Source: Macrostomum hystrix (taxonomy: Eukaryota > Animalia > Platyhelminthes). Taken from it: a DNA stretch of 64,000 nt. The position numbers and the translations under genes were made by a program. The notes under the pieces were generated by a model that saw nothing but the letters and a program-made list of their open reading frames with translations, did not search any database and was not told the DNA's origin. Below, piece by piece: positions 24,784-37,913 of this stretch; the first letter of the stretch is position 1, and each line of letters begins with the position of its first letter. The DNA lies in contig CATNEN010000039.1 of the NCBI GenBank assembly GCA_950097015.1, positions 6,138,001-6,202,000 of the forward strand, given 5' to 3'.

Positions 24784-26209
24784 CTAAAGTACATCCGGGT
24801 TCGCCGCCTGATTTTCGACCAAAATCTGACGATTGAATTCGACGCCGTTGCTGCCGCTGCTGCTGCTACTATGAGTAGGCGAAGCGGCCGCCTTGACCCC
24901 GGCCAGGCGAAGCACCCAGGCCCACCTGAGGCCGGTGCCATCGAGGCCGGGCAGAACTACCGAGAGGCCCTGCGGCGTGGCCGAGAACGCCGGCGCTGTC
25001 GGATGGCCCAGCAGGCTGACATTGGTTGCCATGGCAACTGATCCCAACAGTAAGCGGTTGCCAGCTGGCCAGTTGAGCAGGAAGGCGTACACAAAGCCGG
25101 CCCGCTGGGTGTACCAGACGCCGCTAGTAGCCGTGTCATTCTGCCGCGACCAGGGCGTGGAGTTGTACACCGCCTCGCCGTTGACACCCAGCCAGCTGCC
25201 CAGCTGCCGCAGGCGCTCCTCCATCACCGGGTCGATGGTACCGTCGGCGGTTGGGCCGATGTTCACCAGCAGGTTGCCGCCGCAGGAGATTGTTGTGGCC
25301 AGGGTGCCTGTAATGTGGTGCAAATAATAGAACACAATAACAGCTGCGTCAGGCCTATTCCAGCAATCCACAACCCATCACCGATCAGTCTAGCAATCCA
25401 CAACCCATCACCGATCAGTCTAGCAATCCACAACCCATCACCGATCAGTCTAGCAATCCACAACCCATCACCGATCAGTCTAGCAATCCAAAACCCATCA
25501 CCGATCAGTCTAGCAATCCACAACCCATCACCGATCAGTCTAGCAATCCACAACCCATCAATGATCAGACTAGCAATCCACAACCCATCAATGATCAGAA
25601 TACTCACCCAGCAACTCCTCCGGGGTAAGATAATCAGCCAGTCTAGCATTGCGCCGGTAGCCCCAGCTCTGCTTGTCGAGGGTCATGCAGTTCTCCCATT
25701 TGTGCGGCTGCAGGATGCCGGGATTGTACCTATCCTGACAGGTGTAATAACCGCCGTGCTTGCACATAACACCCTGGCCCCAACGGTCGTTAGTTACAAC
25801 GGTGTCCTTCACCGGACTATCGTTGTACAGCCAGGCCAGGAAGCCGGTGGAGTTCCAGTACTCGGCCGGGGCGTCCCAGTCGCCGTCGCTCCAGACAACA
25901 TCTGGCCGGAAGCGCTGAACCAGCTCGTACAGTTCCGGCATTGTTTTGGATTGGACAAAGTCCCGCGTTTTAAACTGGGCGCGCTGATCGTTCTGGTAAA
26001 GCGGATTGAACCACTCGTACAGCGAGTGGTAAAGGCCGAAACGGAGGCTGGGCCGTTTGCGGATGGCAGCGGCCAGGTCTGCGACTAGGTCACGATTGGG
26101 GCCCACCTGCCTCTGTAGGATCATTAGAGTGGATTAGTGAGAACAAGTTAGAGATTTATTGGACAGAAAGATTGAAAGATAGACAGAAGAGGCGGACAGA
26201 CAGACAACC

Positions 26210-26246
<37 letters not shown>

Positions 26247-27728
26247 GGCAGAACGAGTGAGACAGGCAGGCAGTACGAGTGAGACAGGCAGGCAGTACGA
26301 GTGAGACAGGCAGGCAGAACGAGTGAGACAGGCAGGCAGAACGAGTGAGACAGGCAGGCAGAACGAGTGAGACAGGCAGGCAGTACGAGTGAGACAGGCA
26401 GGCAGAACGAGTGAGACAGGCAGGCAGAACGAGTGAGACAGGCAGGCAGTACGAGTGAGACAGGCAGGCAGAACGAGTGAGACAGGCAGGCAGTACGAGT
26501 GAGACAGGCAGGCAGTACGAGTGAGACAGGCAGGCAGTACGAGTGAGACAGGCAGGCAGAACGAGTGAGACAGACAGGCAGAACGAGTGAGACAGGCAGG
26601 CAGAACGAGTGAGACAGGCAGGCAGAACGAGTGAGACAGGCAGGCAGAACGAGTGAGACAGACAGGCAGTACGAGTGAGACAGGCAGGCAGAACGAGTGA
26701 GACAGGCAGGCAGTACGAGTGAGACAGGCAGGCAGAACGAGTGAGACAGGCAGGCAGAACGAGTGAGACAGGCAGGCAGAACGAGTGAGACAGGCAGGCA
26801 GAACGAGTGAGACAGGCAGGCAGTACGAGTTAGACAGGCAGGCAGTACGAGTGAGACAGACAGGCAGTACGAGTGAGACAGGCAGGCAGTACGAGTGAGA
26901 CAGGCAGGCAGAACGAGTGAGACAGACAGGCAGTACGAGTGAGACAGGCAGGCAGTACGAGTGAGACAGACAGGCAGTACGAGTGAGACAGGCAGGCAGT
27001 ACGAGTGAGACAGGCAGGCAGAACGAGTGAGACAGACAGGCAGTACGAGTGAGACAGGCAGGCAGTACGAGTGAGACAGGCAGGCAGTACGAGTGAGACA
27101 GACAGGCAGTACGAGTGAGACAGGCAGGCAGAACGAGTGAGACAGGCAGGCAGAACGAGTGAGACAGGCAGGCAGTACGAGTGAGACAGGCAGGCAGAAC
27201 GAGTGAGACAGGCAGGCAGAACGAGTGAGACAGGCAGGCAGTACGAGTGAGACAGGCTAGCAATCTAAAGGCAAGCAAAGTGCACAGTTCGGCTCTGACC
27301 GAGTTCCAGTTGAAACTGTAGGAAGTGTCCCAGTTACAAAAGCCCTCATGGTGTTTGCTGGTGAACACAATGTACTTGGCGCCAGAGGAGTCGAACAGTT
27401 CGGCCCATTGGTCCGGATTGAAAAATGTGGCCCGAAATTTTGGCGCAAAGTCGGCATAGGTGAAGCCGGGCGGATAATTCCGCTTCATAAAGTTGACAAC
27501 ATCGGGCTGAGGACTGCTGCCCTGCCAGTCCCACCAGAACCACTCGCTGCGGTAGGAGGGCACGGAGAACACGCCCCAGTGGATGAAGATGCCGACTTTG
27601 CTCTGATCGTACCAGTCCGGCAGGGGTCGCGAGTCCAACGAGGCCCAGTCGGGCGTGTAACGGCACAGGCAGAGCGGGGCAAAGCCAGATGCAAGAACTG
27701 CTACTGTTAGTAGCGTAGCGAAGGACAT
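24784..27728 (-). CDS. FUCA: Alpha-L-fucosidase, GH29 (485 aa); exons 27728..27300, 26112..25608, 25307..24784
   Basis: Signal peptide, [40 protein letters not shown]|[16 protein letters not shown] (nucleophile), NDRWG, KWENC and [10 protein letters not shown]; splice phases consistent. Confidence 0.97.
25360..25600. repeat. 30-bp minisatellite in FUCA intron 2
   Basis: caatccacaacccatcaccgatcagtctag tandem. Confidence 0.95.
26195..27257. repeat. (GACA)n microsatellite followed by a 21-bp minisatellite (gagtgagacaggcaggcagtac) in FUCA intron 1
   Basis: Tandem copies. Confidence 0.95.
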
Positions 27729-27909
27729 TTTTAGTAGTCTATGGCTTTGATGCTGCTGGAAAGTGAAGAGAAATGCACGATTTAAACGCGTGGACTTCTG
27801 TAGCACTCCTTCTTTCTGATCGAGAGACTAATAACAGTATATTAAAATACTAATTTTGCGTAGAAACAAGCGTTCATTTTGGAAATCGCTTTTTAATAAT
27901 AATAGTATT

Positions 27910-28115
27910 TGAGACAGATGGCACATTATTTGGTGACTCTAGAACCGCAGCCAGCGAGGAGGCAATTCTGCCCATCCGAAATGACTTTCTCATCGTCAGT
28001 CAGTGTACACTGTCACTGTGCCTTGGAGTTTGGCCCTCAAGGGCGTGAATTGCGCCCCAAATGAATGTGGCCTCGCCGCGGAATCGAGCTTAGGGACCTT
28101 GGTGCGAGAAGCGAA
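27910..28115 (-). mobile_element. tRNA-derived SINE copy
   Basis: Shares gatggcaca...ccgcagccagcgagga...tgactttctcatcgtcagt...ggccctcaagggc...aatgtggcctc with 31355-31680; B-box-like gctcgattcc on the minus strand. Confidence 0.65.
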
Positions 28116-28599
28116 TTATAAAAATTAACAATCAAACATGCTTAAAAGCACTTGTATTCATTCGATTGTGTCACTAAATGTTTTATTATAAATTAACCTT
28201 TGCATAGCAATAAAATCAATTGAATTATTTTTAAAAAAATTCAATAATTAATAATACACTACATTGTCATATTAGGCGACTGACATAGAAAAGTTTTATA
28301 AGAAAATCACAAAGCCAGCTGGAATACAATTGAGTAATTTTAACAAAGCAAAAGTATAATGAATGAAAACAAACACTTAATTATGCACAATAAGAATTCA
28401 CATAAGATAAAAAATAGACTGACTATTGACATTAGTCATAAGAACTACGGGATATAGATGCTAATCATATTTTGAGCAACAGGCTTGTATCTATCACATA
28501 AGCGCACTACAAAAGCTCGAGCCCTTGATTAGATATTAGCTAATTAAATAGCGAGTTCGGAATGTAACAACATAATAGGCGGTGAGGCATGTAAAAATT

Positions 28600-28972
28600 A
28601 TCCCGTCTGAGGATGTGGGATGTTTGCTAATCCAGTCTGAGGATGTGGGATGTTTGCTAATCCAGTCTGAGGATGTGGGATGTTTGCTAATCCAGCGTGA
28701 GGATGTGGGATGTTTGCTAATCCAGCGTGAGGATGTGGGATGTTCGCTAATCCAGTCTGAGGATGTGCGATGTTTGCTAATCCAGCGTGAGGATGTGGGA
28801 TGTTTGCTAATCCAGTCTGAGGATGTGCAATGTTTGCTAATCCAGTCTGAGGATGTGGGATGTTTGCTAATCCAGTCTGAGGATGTGGGATGTTTGCTAA
28901 TCCAGTCTGAGGATGTGGGATGTTCGCTAATCCAGCGTGAGGATGTGGGATGTTTGCTAATCCAGTCTGAGG
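28600..28972. repeat. 30-bp minisatellite just downstream of the ABHD12 stop
   Basis: tgtttgctaatccagtctgaggatgtggga tandem. Confidence 0.96.
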
Positions 28973-29013
28973 GTGTCACAAGACCGATAATCCTAGCTTC
29001 CCAGACGGCTCAT

Positions 29014-32000
29014 TTAAGCCGTGTCGGCAAGTAGGCGCCGAAATTCAACGTAGACTTCGGGCGCCTCGCAGGCGTGAGTGTGCCTGTAGCCCTGGCCAGC
29101 CGGCAGCTCCAGGAAGCGAACGTTACTGACGTCGGCGCCGCCTCGGGCCGTGTTCAAATAGTCGCGCAGTTGTCTGCCCAGCTCAATTGGCACAACCCTG
29201 TCGTCTTGGGCGTGAATTAGGAGCACAGGTAGGCGGGTGCTCAGAGTGGCCAGGTGACGATCCGAGTCGAACCGAATGCCGCTCTTGCCAACGCCGTCAA
29301 CAAAGACTGGCTCGAAGTACGGCAGAAGACGGTAAGGCTGCGGGAATGCAGTGGGGCGAGTAGCTCTGCAGAGGGGAGAGGCTACTGAGGTAGGGGAGAG
29401 AGGCTACTGAGGTAGGGGGAGAGGCTAATCCTGCATCCGCTACAGCTGGACAGAGTTCGCGACTCACCAGGCTGAAGTGATGCCAACGCACTGCATCACG
29501 GATGTTATTAAATGGCGACTCCAGCACAATGCCCGCCACGGCGCTCAACCGGCCGCTGTCCGATAGTCGCTTGGCCAGGTGTGACACGATTCTAACAAAT
29601 TGGACAGCTTCACGGGTGTGACACGATTCTAACAAATTGGACAGCTTCACAGGTGTGACACGATTCTAACAAATTGGACAGCTTCACGGGTGTGACACGA
29701 TTCTAACAAATTGGACAGCTTCACATGTGTGACGCGATTCAAACAAATTGGACAGCTTCACAGGTGTGACACGATTCTAACAAATTGGACAGCTTCACAT
29801 GTGTGACACGATTCTAACAAATTGGACAGCTTCACATGTGTGACACGATTCTAACAAATTGGACAGCTTCACGGGTGTGACGCGATTCGACAGCTTAACT
29901 GGCTAGAAACATACAACAAAGTTGCAATTAACCGATTTAAAAAGTTAACTAGCTCACCCAGTGCCGAGCGAGTGGCCCCACATGTACAACCGCTTAACGC
30001 CCAGCTGCTGCGTGGCAAAGTTGAATAACACTTCGGCATCGTCTATGGCATCAGTTTCTGTCACTGGCAAGCCTTCTGAGTCACCGTAGCCTGCAAGGAT
30101 TTTTGTGTCTCATTGTTGGTCTGATTAAATAGCAAAGGCGACACGGAGCTAAAACCTCAGGTCCTCAGGTTGGGAGAAAACAATCCTCCCCAGATCCTCA
30201 GGTTGGGGGAAAACAATCCTCCCCAGATCCTCAGGTTGGGGGAAAACAATCCTCCCCAGATCCTCAGGTTGGAGGAAAACAATCCTCCCCAGATCCTCAA
30301 TTTGAGGGAAAACAATCCTCCCCAGATCCTCAATTTGGGGGGAAAACAATCCTTCCCAGATCCTCAGGTTGGGGGAAACCAATCCTCCCCAGATCCTCAA
30401 TTTGAGGGAAAACAATCCTCCCCAGATCCTCAATTTGGGGGGAAACAATCCTCCCCAGATCCTCAGGTTGGGGGAAAACAATCCTCCCCCAGATCCTCAG
30501 GTTGGGGGAAAACAATCCTCCCCAGATCCTCAGGTTGGGGGAAAACAATCCTCCCCAGATCCTCAGGTTGGAGGAAAACAATCCTCCCCAGATCCTCAAT
30601 TTGAGGGAAAACAATCCTCCCCAGATCCTCAATTTGGGGGGAAAACAATCCTTCCCAGATCCTCAGGTTGGGGGAAACCAATCCTCCCCAGATCCTCAAT
30701 TTGAGGGAAAACAATCCTCCCCAGATCCTCAATTTGGGGGGAAACAATCCTCCCCAGATCCTCAGGTTGGGGGAAAACAATCCTCCCCCAGATCCTCAGG
30801 TTGGGGGAAAACAATCCTCCCCAGATCCTCAGGTTGGGGGAAAACAATCCTCCCCAGATCCTCAGGTTGGGGGAAAACAATCCTCCCCAGATCCTCAGGT
30901 TGGGGGAAAACAATCCTCCCCAGATCCTCGATCAGGTTGGGGGAAAACAATCCTCCCCAGATCCTCAGGTTGGAGGAAAACAATCCTCCCCAGATCCTCA
31001 GGTTGGAGGAAAACAATCCTCCCCAGATCCTCAGGTTGGAGGAAAACAATCCTCCCCAGATCCTCAGGTTGGGGGAAAACAATCCTCCCCAGATCCTCAG
31101 GTTGGAGGAAAACAATCCTCCCCAGATCCTCAGGTTGGAGGAAAACAATCCTCCCCAGATCCTCAGGTTGGAGGAAAACAATCCTCCCCAGATCCTCAGG
31201 TTGGAGGAAAACAATCCTCCCCAGATCCTCAGGTTGGAGGAAAACAATCCTCCCCAGATCCTCAGGTTGGAGGAAAACAATCCTCCCCAGATCCTCAGGT
31301 TGGGTGACAGTTAACATATAATACGAGTACTGATAATTGCAGGAGGGCTGCGCGCGATGGCACATGATTTGGCGACAGTAGACCCGCAGCCAGCGAGGAG
31401 ACATTTCTGTCCATTTCATTGACTCCTGAGCACACACGCACACAGACACCGTACGCAGGCGCACATTCTCACGGCTGTGTACATCTGCCCTGACTTTCTC
31501 ATCGTCAGTGTACACTCACTGTGCCTCAGAGACTGGCCCTCAAGGGCATAGACTGCACGACAAGCCCCCAAGCCTTCTTTCCGCGGCTGCGCATCAAAAA
31601 AATGTGGCCTCTTCGTAGAATGCAGCTCAGTGACTTGGAGCGAGAGGCGAATGCGTTAGACCGCTCTGCCACTCACCCCCTGGACAGCCCACCCTCACCC
31701 CAGGAGAAACCGGATGCGTTAGACCGCTCTGCCACTCACCCCCTGGACAGCCCACCCTCACCCCAGGAGAAACCGGATGCGTTAGACCGCTCTGCCACTC
31801 ACCCCCTGGACAGCCCACCCTCACCCCAGGAGAAACCGGATGCGTTAGACCGCTCTGCCACTCACCCCCTGGACAGCCCACCCTCACCCCAGGAGAAATG
31901 GGAGAATTCGTCCATAGAGAAATCGCCACACGGCCTCTTAAAAATCACCTCGATAATCCAAGGCCAAAATGTGCACATTCTCTTTCAGCAGCCGCTTATA

Positions 32001-33734
32001 CAAATCCACCATGTGATGTCCGCCGCGATTCAACGCGTTGCCATGGTAATAGAGCAGCACAGGCCGGCCGTCCAAAGGTTTGGCGGCAAAGTCAGCATCG
32101 GTGGCGCACGGCTCCGGCTCGAGCTGCCAAACGCCCAGTCGATTGCCAGCGGGGTTGGTCAGGTAGAAGTTGCGGCTGGAGCCCGGTGACAGGCCGTAGT
32201 GATTGAAGTCCGAGAAGTTTTGCGAATAGTGCGGGCAGTAGTCTGGAATGCGGATGGGTGGGAAATAGTGCGGGCAGTAGTCTGGAATGCGGATGGGTGG
32301 GAAATAGTGCGGGCAGTAGTCTGGAATGCGGATGGGTGGGAAATAGTGCGGGCAGTAGTCTGGAATGCGGATGGGTGGGAAATAGTGCGGGCAGTAGTCT
32401 GGAATGCTGATGATGTGAGAAATAGTGCGGGCAGTAGTCTGGAATGCTGATGATGTGAGAAATAGTGCGGGCAGTAGTCTGGAATGCGGATGGTTAGGAA
32501 ATAGTGCGGGCAGTAGTCTGGAATGCGGATGGCTAGGAAATAGTGCGGGCAGTAGTCTGGAATGCGGATGGGTGGGAAATAGTGCGGGCAGTAGTCTGGA
32601 ATGCGGATGGGTGGGAAATAGTGCGGGCAGTAGTCTGGAATGCGGATGGTTAGGAAATAGTGCGGGCAGTAGTCTGGAATGCGGATGGCTAGGAAATAGT
32701 GCGGGCAGTAGTCTGGAATGCGGATGGGTGGGAAATAGTGCGGGCAGTAGTCTGGAATGCGGATGGGTGGGAAATAGTGCGGGCAGTAGTCTGGAATGCG
32801 GATGGGTGGGAAATAGTGCGGGCAGTAGTCTGGAATGCGGATGGTTAGGAAATAGTGCGGGCAGTAGTCTGGAATGCGGATGGCTAGGAAATAGTGCGGG
32901 CAGTAGTCTGGAATGCGGATGGGTGGGAAATAGTGCGGGCAGTAGTCTGGAATGCGGATGGCTAGGAAATAGTGCGGGCAGTAGTCTGGAATGCGGATGG
33001 TTAGGAAATAGTGCGGGCAGTAGTCTGGAATGCGGATGGGTGGGAAATAGTGCGGGCAGTAGTCTGGAATGCGGATGGTTGGGAAATAGTGCGGGCAGTA
33101 GTCTGGAATGCGGATGGGTGGAAAATAGTGCGGGCAGTAGTCTGGAATGCGGATGGCTAGGAAATAGTGCGGGCAGTAGTCTGGAATGCGGATGGCTAGG
33201 AAATAGTGCGGGCAGTAGTCTGGAATGCGGATGGTTAGGAAATAGTGCGGGCAGTAGTCTGGAATGCGGATGGGTGGGAAATAGTGCGGGCAGTAGTCTG
33301 GAATGCGGATGGGTGGGAAATAGTGCGGGCAGTAGTCTGGAATGCGGATGGGTGGGAAATAGTGCGGGCAGTAGTCTGGAATGCGGATGGGTGGGAAATA
33401 GTGCGGGCAGTAGTCTGGAATGCCGATGGGTGGGAAATAGTGCGGGCAGTAGTATGGAATGCGGATGGGTGGGAAATAGTGCGGGCAGTAGTCTGGAATG
33501 CGGATGGGTGGGAAATAGTGCGGGCAGTGGTCTGGAATGCGGATGGGTGGGAAATAGTGCGGGCAGTAGCTTAGTTCGTTCTTTTAACTAAAAGCACTCA
33601 GGTTTCTTACACAGGTTAAAGAAGATAACGCTGGTAAGGATGCCAGGATACAGGTAGACAATAAGTGGCACAATTATGTAGACAAACACCAGCAGCCACA
33701 TTAGCAGGTTGAAGCAGCGGCGAGCAAAAGCCAT
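29014..33734 (-). CDS. ABHD12: ABHD12-like lysophosphatidylserine/monoacylglycerol lipase (332 aa); exons 33734..33611, 32242..31949, 30090..29958, 29591..29468, 29337..29014
   Basis: N-terminal TM, RNFYL, LGVW, LYYHGN, DYRGYGDS, WGHSLGTG (nucleophile Ser), LESPF, IHAQDDRVV (Asp) and GYRH (His); phases 1,1,2,0 are consistent. Confidence 0.92.
29579..29895. repeat. 37-bp minisatellite whose unit contains the ABHD12 exon-4 splice acceptor
   Basis: gtgtgacacgattctaacaaattggacagcttcacgg, about 8 copies. Confidence 0.95.
30160..31305. repeat. 33-bp minisatellite (cagatcctcaggttgggggaaaacaatcctccc) with a 299-bp higher-order duplication
   Basis: Tandem copies; near-identical ORFs recur 299 bp apart (30369/30668, 30330/30629). 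Confidence 0.95.
31355..31680 (-). mobile_element. tRNA-derived SINE copy (longest in the window)
   Basis: Minus-strand head ggtgagTGGCAGAGCGGtctaacgc (A box); body shared with the 27910 and 63450 copies. Confidence 0.65.
31651..31898. repeat. 63-bp tandem repeat (4 copies) containing the SINE 5' head
   Basis: DALDRSATHPLDSPPSPQEKP repeats in the ORF track. Confidence 0.92.
32225..33569. repeat. 39-bp minisatellite whose unit contains the ABHD12 exon-2 splice acceptor (~34 copies)
   Basis: Unit aaatagtgcgggcagtagtctggaatgcggatgggtggg; the minus strand reads cattccag|actactgcccgcactatt. Confidence 0.97.
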
Positions 33735-33798
33735 TGCAGACGGTGGCTCTGGAAGTAAAGTTTTAGATGGCTCTTTTATGTTGTCAATGGAATTGGAA

Positions 33799-34545
33799 TC
33801 AGATCTACAATCCCATAATGTCAGATCTACAATCCCATAATGTCAGATCTACAATCCCCTAATGTCAGATCTACAATCCCCTAATGTCAGATCTACAATC
33901 CCCTAATGTCAGATCTACAATCCCCTAATGTCAGATCTACAATCCCCTAATGTCAGATCTACAATCCCCTAATGTCAGATCTACAATCCCCTAATGCCAG
34001 ATCTACAATCCCATAATGTCAGATCTACAATCCCATAATGTCAGATCTACAATCCCCTAATGTCAGATCTACAATCCCCTAATGTCAGATCTACAATCCC
34101 CTAATGTCAGATCTACAATCCCCTAATGTCAGATCTACAATCCCCTAATGTCAGATCTACAATCCCCTAATGTCAGATCTACAATCCCCTAATGTCAGAT
34201 CTACAATCCCCTAATGCCAGATCTACAATCCCATAATGTCAGATCTACAATCCCATAATGTCAGATCTACAATCCCCTAATGTCACATCTACAATCCCCT
34301 AATGTCAGATCTACAATCCCATAATGTCACATCTACAATCCCATAATTTCAGATCTACAATCCCCTAATGTCAGATCTACAATCCCCTAATGTCAGATCT
34401 ACAATCCCCTAATGTCAGATCTACAATCCCCTAATGTCAGATCTACAATCCCCTAATGTCAGATCTACAATCCCCTAATGTCACATCTACAATCCCATAT
34501 TGTCAGATCTGCAATCCCATAATTTCAGATCAATAATCCCCATAA
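33799..34545. repeat. 22-bp minisatellite (tcagatctacaatcccctaatg)
   Basis: Tandem copies immediately upstream of the ABHD12 5' acceptor. Confidence 0.96.
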
Positions 34546-35714
34546 TCCCAAATCTGATTGTGGATATGACATTATGGGACTGTAAATCTGACATTACTGG
34601 GATTGTAAATCTGAAATTATGCATTTTTAAATAGATTTTAGCGAAAGCCTTGGTATTGACATGCTAAATCGGACCAAATGGGGATCTCACATCATAGGGA
34701 TACAGATATCACATAATGGGGATTGTAGATGTCTATTACTGAAACTTTCGCTACAATCTGATTAAAAAGCAACAACAAGGGGGAATTGTGATTAGCGAAA
34801 AGCTACAAAAATGAGACTTTATAATCGAGTCAGTAATCTTGCTATCTTTAAAAGTGCATTAATATATATTTGTCTTGTTGTCGTAAACAATGTTTTATTG
34901 GTGCTAGAACCAGCTTATTCTTATTCTAACGCGTTACTAATCTTGTGCAATTACTAGCTAATAATTTTTAACGCCACATTTCAAGTTAGTAAAGTGTTTG
35001 CGAACTATCTAAAAAAAGCAACGAAAAGTACAAGAAAAAAGGGTAGTAAAAAGCAACACAAAATAATTTTATGCGTAAAGCAAAAAAGAAGATTCACTAA
35101 CAACACTTGTAGAAGAGATATAAAGCAACAGAAATAATACGTAGCATAATAACTAGCAGAGGCAGCAAAAAGCGAGAAAAAGATGCGACTTGTAAAATTT
35201 GCGCTCATCTCTATAATCGCACGAGTCTCTGTTCTTGTGTACCACGGGACACGGGAGATGTGCAGGTGTGTTGAGTCTACCTATGCACTACGCAGTAGCC
35301 TGTGTGAGGCAATTATAAAATTAAAAAGGATTAAAATGTATACGTATATTACTAGAATACATAATGCCAAATAACAGAATTATATGGCAGACGATAGTGC
35401 ATTGAATTTGATATTGCTAATCCAGTTGTCAATCCAGATGCTTCTAAAGTTCCAATTCACGTTTAACACGACATCACTCGACAACTTGAGGCCATAAGAG
35501 AGAATTTAATAAAGAAGCTGGATTGATAGTATAGATATTAGACTGGGAGAGATATGATTGGAGAGATAAAAGACAGCAGTCAGATGAGACACAGGAGAGA
35601 TGAGACACGAGAAAAGGATAGAGATGAGATTAGAGAGAAAGATATAGGAGATAGGTGAGACAGGGGAGAAATCAGTCAGGGGAGAGATGACAGGAGAGAG
35701 ACATAAATTAGGAC

Positions 35715-37005
35715 ATGGGAGATATGAGACACAGGGAGATATGAGACACGGGAGAGATGAGACACGGGAGATATGAGACACTGGAGAGATGAGACACGGG
35801 AGAGATGAGACACTGGAGAGATGAGACACTGGAGAGATGAGACACTGGAGATATGAGACACTGGAGAGATGAGACACTGGAGATATGAGACACTGGAGAG
35901 ATGAGACACTGGAGAGATGAGACACGGGAGAGATGAGACACGGGAGAGATGAGACACTGGAGAGATGAGACACTGGAGAGATGAGACACTGGAGAGATGA
36001 GACACTGGAGAGATGAGACACTGGAGAGATGAGACACTGGAGAGATGAGACACTGGAGATATGAGACACTGGAGAGATGAGACACTGGAGAGATGAGACA
36101 CGGGAGAGATGAGACACGGGAGAGATGAGACACTGGAGAGATGAGACACGGGAGAGATGAGACACTGGAGATATGAGACACTGGAGAGATGAGACACTGG
36201 AGAGATGAGACACGGGAGAGATGAGACACGGGAGAGATGAGACACTGGAGAGATGAGACACGGGAGAGATGAGACACTGGAGAGATGAGACACTGGAGAT
36301 ATGAGACACAGGGAGATATGAGACACGGGAGAGATGAGACACGGGAGATATGAGACACTGGAGAGATGAGACACGGGAGAGATGAGACACTGGAGAGATG
36401 AGACACGGGAGAGATGAGACACGGGAGAGATGAGACACTGGAGAGATGAGACACTGGAGAGATGAGACACTGGAGAGATGAGACACTGGAGAGATGAGAC
36501 ACTGGAGAGATGAGACACTGGAGAGATGAGACACTGGAGATATGAGACACTGGAGAGATGAGACACTGGAGAGATGAGACACGGGAGAGATGAGACACGG
36601 GAGAGATGAGACACTGGAGAGATGAGACACGGGAGAGATGAGACACTGGAGATATGAGACACTGGAGAGATGAGACACTGGAGAGATGAGACACGGGAGA
36701 GATGAGACACGGGAGAGATGAGACACTGGAGAGATGAGACACGGGAGAGATGAGACACGGGAGAGATGAGACACGGGAGATATGAGACACTGGAGAGATG
36801 AGACACTGGAGATATGAGACACTGGAGAGATGAGACACTGGAGAGATGAGACACTGGAGATATGAGACACTGGAGAGATGAGACACTGGAGAGATGAGAC
36901 ACTGGAGATATGAGACACGGGAGAGATGAGACACTGGAGATATGAGACACTGGAGAGATGAGACACTGGAGAGATGAGACACGGGAGAGATGAGACAGGA
37001 GACAT
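35715..37005. repeat. 16-bp minisatellite (gatgagacactggaga), GATGAGACA family
   Basis: Tandem copies. Confidence 0.97.
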
Positions 37006-37913
37006 GTACCAATTTATTATTGAGGCCCTGGAGCATCTATCTGTTCATTCAACTTTCTAAATAAATAAATTCCACTTATAAACCTAGCTAAAGAGTTTTG
37101 ATTGAGTAAAAAGCAAATGGAAAAAATCATGAATACTAGATGTGTATAAATAGATAATTTTAGGCAAAATGGCAATTAATAGAGCAAATCTAACAAGCCA
37201 GGTGATTCTGCTAATTATATGAAAATCAGCTTCTTTATCGAATAATACTCGTAAATGCTACATGGTACACAAGACCACCGTAGCGTAAGTTCGTTAACTA
37301 AACAGTTTTTTAATCAGCATCAGCATCCAGCTGTACAAACATATGCACACGGCAATAAAAAGTAATAATATAACAAAAAATGGACGAATAAGGCAAAACC
37401 TAATATAGGCAGGTGTGAGAAATAGAAGACTATGCCTAAAGCAAAAGAGATTTGACAATAAGTCGACAAAAAGCATTGCCATATAAAGTTGTACGTCTAT
37501 GTTTGTCTAGATAACAAATATAGTATATAATATACAGGATATATGCATTAGCATTAGCGAAAGCAACACAGGTGAAAACACAATAGTATTACATAGCTCT
37601 GGCACCTGGCTGTCCATCTGTGAATGTAATTGAAAGTTCAAGTTAAACCTATGTACACTACAATAACAATACCCTGTGAATAGATGCTTTATAATTAGAG
37701 ATGCTCAACAATTTGAATGCGGTAAATACAACTTAGATTCTAACCACACGAGTCCGCGATCTCATAGGACTCAAAACTGTCATGCTCAAATTGTGTCAAA
37801 ATTCGCACTTGAAAATAATGCGAAATTATAACAGACCTGATAATTGGTTGCAGTGAACGAAAAATCTGAATAAAGAACTGAACCCGCTTGCAGCGAGGTC
37901 CATCAGACCTAGT

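Noticed and set aside
26148-27299. Repetitive C-terminal extension of the 552-aa fucosidase ORF
   Set aside because: Read-through into an intronic minisatellite; splicing 27300 to 26112 restores NWNS-RQVGP.
35005-37482. Hydrophobic minus-strand ORFs at 35005 and 37294
   Set aside because: Expected from T-rich UTR or intergenic composition.
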